This document shows positions 61,901 to 64,000 of a DNA stretch of 64,000 nucleotides, piece by piece. Under the pieces are notes generated by a model. That model was given only the letters and a program-made list of their open reading frames with translations, did not search any database and was not told the DNA's origin. The first letter of the stretch is position 1; the number at the start of each line of letters is the position of its first letter. The translations under genes and the position numbers were made by a program. Source of the DNA: Paramoeba atlantica (Eukaryota > Protista > Discosea); contig CDRNVI010000020.1 in the NCBI GenBank assembly GCA_977017575.1, forward strand, positions 124,001 to 188,000, in the 5' to 3' direction.

Positions 61901-62236
61901 ATGGTAACACACAAGCCGCTGACCCGAGAAGCAGCTGACGAAGCCGAAAGAGAAGAGTTCGAACGTGGTCCGCTCAGTGTTTTGGATTCAAGCTTGAAGT
62001 CCGGCGCGCAAATATTCGTATATTGTCGGGATAATCACAAAATGCTTGGGCGTGTACGCGCCTTTGACCGACACATGAACCTCATTATGGATAATGTTCA
62101 AGAAATCTGGGTTGAACGAGATAAAAGCAGTACTCGAGGTGTCCCAAAACGAAGATCCCTTTCTAAAGTTTTTGTGCGGGGTGATAACGTAATTCTTGTC
62201 GTAAAGAATCCACAGGCCGCAAAGCCCGCTTCGTGA
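61901..62236 (+). CDS. SMD2: Sm core protein D2
   Basis: EEFERGPLSVL, CRDNHKMLGRVRAFDRHMNLIMDNVQEIW, VFVRGDNVILVVKNP. Confidence 0.95.
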   Translation: MVTHKPLTREAADEAEREEFERGPLSVLDSSLKSGAQIFVYCRDNHKMLGRVRAFDRHMNLIMDNVQEIWVERDKSSTRGVPKRRSLSKVFVRGDNVILVVKNPQAAKPAS

Positions 62237-62703
62237 TCTACTTCCATTGTAAGAGGGTCTAAAAAATACGGCACTGAACAAGGAAGACTATCATGCCATC
62301 TTTTGATGTGCAGTAAAAGTGATTTCTGAAATTCTCGATTGCTATAAATACAGTAGAACTGATCACGTTTCCCGTAGAAGTTCGTTTTATGATTACATTA
62401 TTTTGTTTTTTTCTACGCTACTGCATCCCGAAAACGTAATGCGTAAAGCATAAAGATTACTCCGGCCTGTGAAATAGATAAGTCGCTTTGATGTCGTACT
62501 GATAGCAGCACCTGCCATTTATGCTTCGCATTTCGTTGACAAAATTATTGTTTTTTTAAATAGGTTCGCCTCTTTCACACTCTTGATGTGTCCTCTTTAA
62601 ATCGGGCAGCAGCATAATCTTCTTAACCAAAAAACCTTTCTTAATAAACTTTGTCCCCATTACAGATTCTTCTTCTACCCCTTTTATCCTTCCTCACCCC
62701 TCC

Positions 62704-63600
62704 ATGGTCTCCCGCCACCACGAACACATCTCCCTCGCCGGTCTCCGCCGTGACGGACGACGCCTCACCGAGTGGCGCGACACCTCTCTCTCCCTCGGCA
62801 TCCTCCACACCGCCGACGGCAGCTGTGCGCTCGACCTCGGGGGCACCAAAGTCGTCGCCGCCGTCTACGGCCCCAAAGCCACCGAGCCCCTCAGCCTCTC
62901 CGCCGCAGCCTCCGGCGCCGTAGTCAGCACCGCAACCACAACCCTCCCCCCTGCCGCACTACACCCCCGGGCGGGGGGTTCCTCTTCTTCAACCTCTACT
63001 TCTACTTCCCCTATGGATGAACCCCCCACCCCCGGGGCCCTCCTCCTCACCTGTGACCTTGTCTTTGCCAGCTCTCGCGCAAACACCGGGTCACGTGGGG
63101 GGCTGTACTCCACTACGAGTAGCAGTGGTGGTGGTGGTGGTAGCCGAGACCGGCTGCTGGCCCAGGCGGTCCTCGACACCCTCTCGGGGGCCATCCTCCG
63201 CGGGGCCTACCCCCACAGTACGCTGGACCTCCACATCCAGGTGCTCCAGGAGGAAGGGGGGGTGGAGGCGGCGGTGGTGAACGCCGCGGGGCTGGCGCTC
63301 CAGGACGCCGGGGTCCCGATGCGGGACCTCGTGGTGTCGGCCTCCGTGGTGGTGCTCGGGGAGCGGGTGGTGGTGGACCCGACCCGGGAGGAGGCCGCGG
63401 CGGGAAGGGGCGGGGGGTGGTACGTGTGCTACGGCCACACCCCGACGGAAGGGGTGAGTTTTCGGATGGGGGGAGGCGGGAGGGAGGGGGAGATGGGGAG
63501 GGTGTGGGAGACGGCGGTGGTGGCGTGTAAGAAGTTGGTGGTGTTTTTGGATAAAAGGTTGAGGGATTATACGAAGGGGAAGTGTGGGGAGATGGAGTGA
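62704..63600 (+). CDS. RRP41: Exosome RNase PH-like subunit Rrp41
   Basis: GLRRDGRR, ADGSC.LDLGGTKVVAAVYGP, YPHSTLDLHIQVLQEEGG..AAVVNAAGLALQDAGVPM.DLV. Confidence 0.88.
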   Translation: MVSRHHEHISLAGLRRDGRRLTEWRDTSLSLGILHTADGSCALDLGGTKVVAAVYGPKATEPLSLSAAASGAVVSTATTTLPPAALHPRAGGSSSSTSTSTSPMDEPPTPGALLLTCDLVFASSRANTGSRGGLYSTTSSSGGGGGSRDRLLAQAVLDTLSGAILRGAYPHSTLDLHIQVLQEEGGVEAAVVNAAGLALQDAGVPMRDLVVSASVVVLGERVVVDPTREEAAAGRGGGWYVCYGHTPTEGVSFRMGGGGREGEMGRVWETAVVACKKLVVFLDKRLRDYTKGKCGEME

Positions 63601-64000
63601 CAGGGGTGGGGATATATGGTGATACAGCATGTACGTAATGAGAGATAACATTTTCCTCTTTGTTTTTCATTTCTTTTCATAATGAGTGAGAATCAGGTGA
63701 ACTAGCGTATTTTATGATTCGTTCATTCATGTCATATTTGGTTTTTATATGAGGAGAGTAAATTGATGTCTGATCGTTGTGACGTGTTCGCCACCTACTG
63801 GTAAGTTGTATCACGAATATGGCGGCGTGTTCTCTACCTTGCACGAATCAGAAATGGGAGTGTCGTCCTCAGGAGACTGGAACAATTTCTGTTCCTAAAA
63901 CAAACAGTGAGTTTACGGGCTTTTCTTCTCACCTTCGCATCCATAACGGGAAATTTTTGAATTCTTACAACACACATTGGGGCGTTCTACGCAGAAATAC

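Overview
Eukaryotic, intron-free DNA from a kinetoplastid (Euglenozoa). About 28 host genes all lie on the + strand, as in a polycistronic transcription unit, and include the euglenozoan-specific F1-ATPase subunit p18. The short-LRR family and the Merlin transposons suggest a Perkinsela-like lineage (inference). 1-19 kb is a mobile-element-rich zone: two MATE paralogues flank a cluster of MITEs and unclassified repeats, followed by two full-length Merlin (IS1595-like) DNA transposons with 8-bp TSDs. A 4.83-kb tyrosine-recombinase (DIRS/VIPER/TATE-like) retrotransposon sits inside a 5 x 280-bp tandem array, bracketed by a 33-bp duplication. 19-64 kb is mostly housekeeping genes (eIF6, RPS21, BUD23, RPS13, RPN1, MPP-beta, AMPK-beta, COPB, RAD26-like, HINT, calreticulin, LIAS, p18, SmD2, RRP41). 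Best leads: the YR element's target and dual-frame architecture; ~1-kb C-rich-to-G-rich skew-flip islands recurring about every 10 kb; a stand-alone DIRS-type RNase H gene; a U25/snR56-like C/D snoRNA. All counts and alignments were done by eye; no searches were run.
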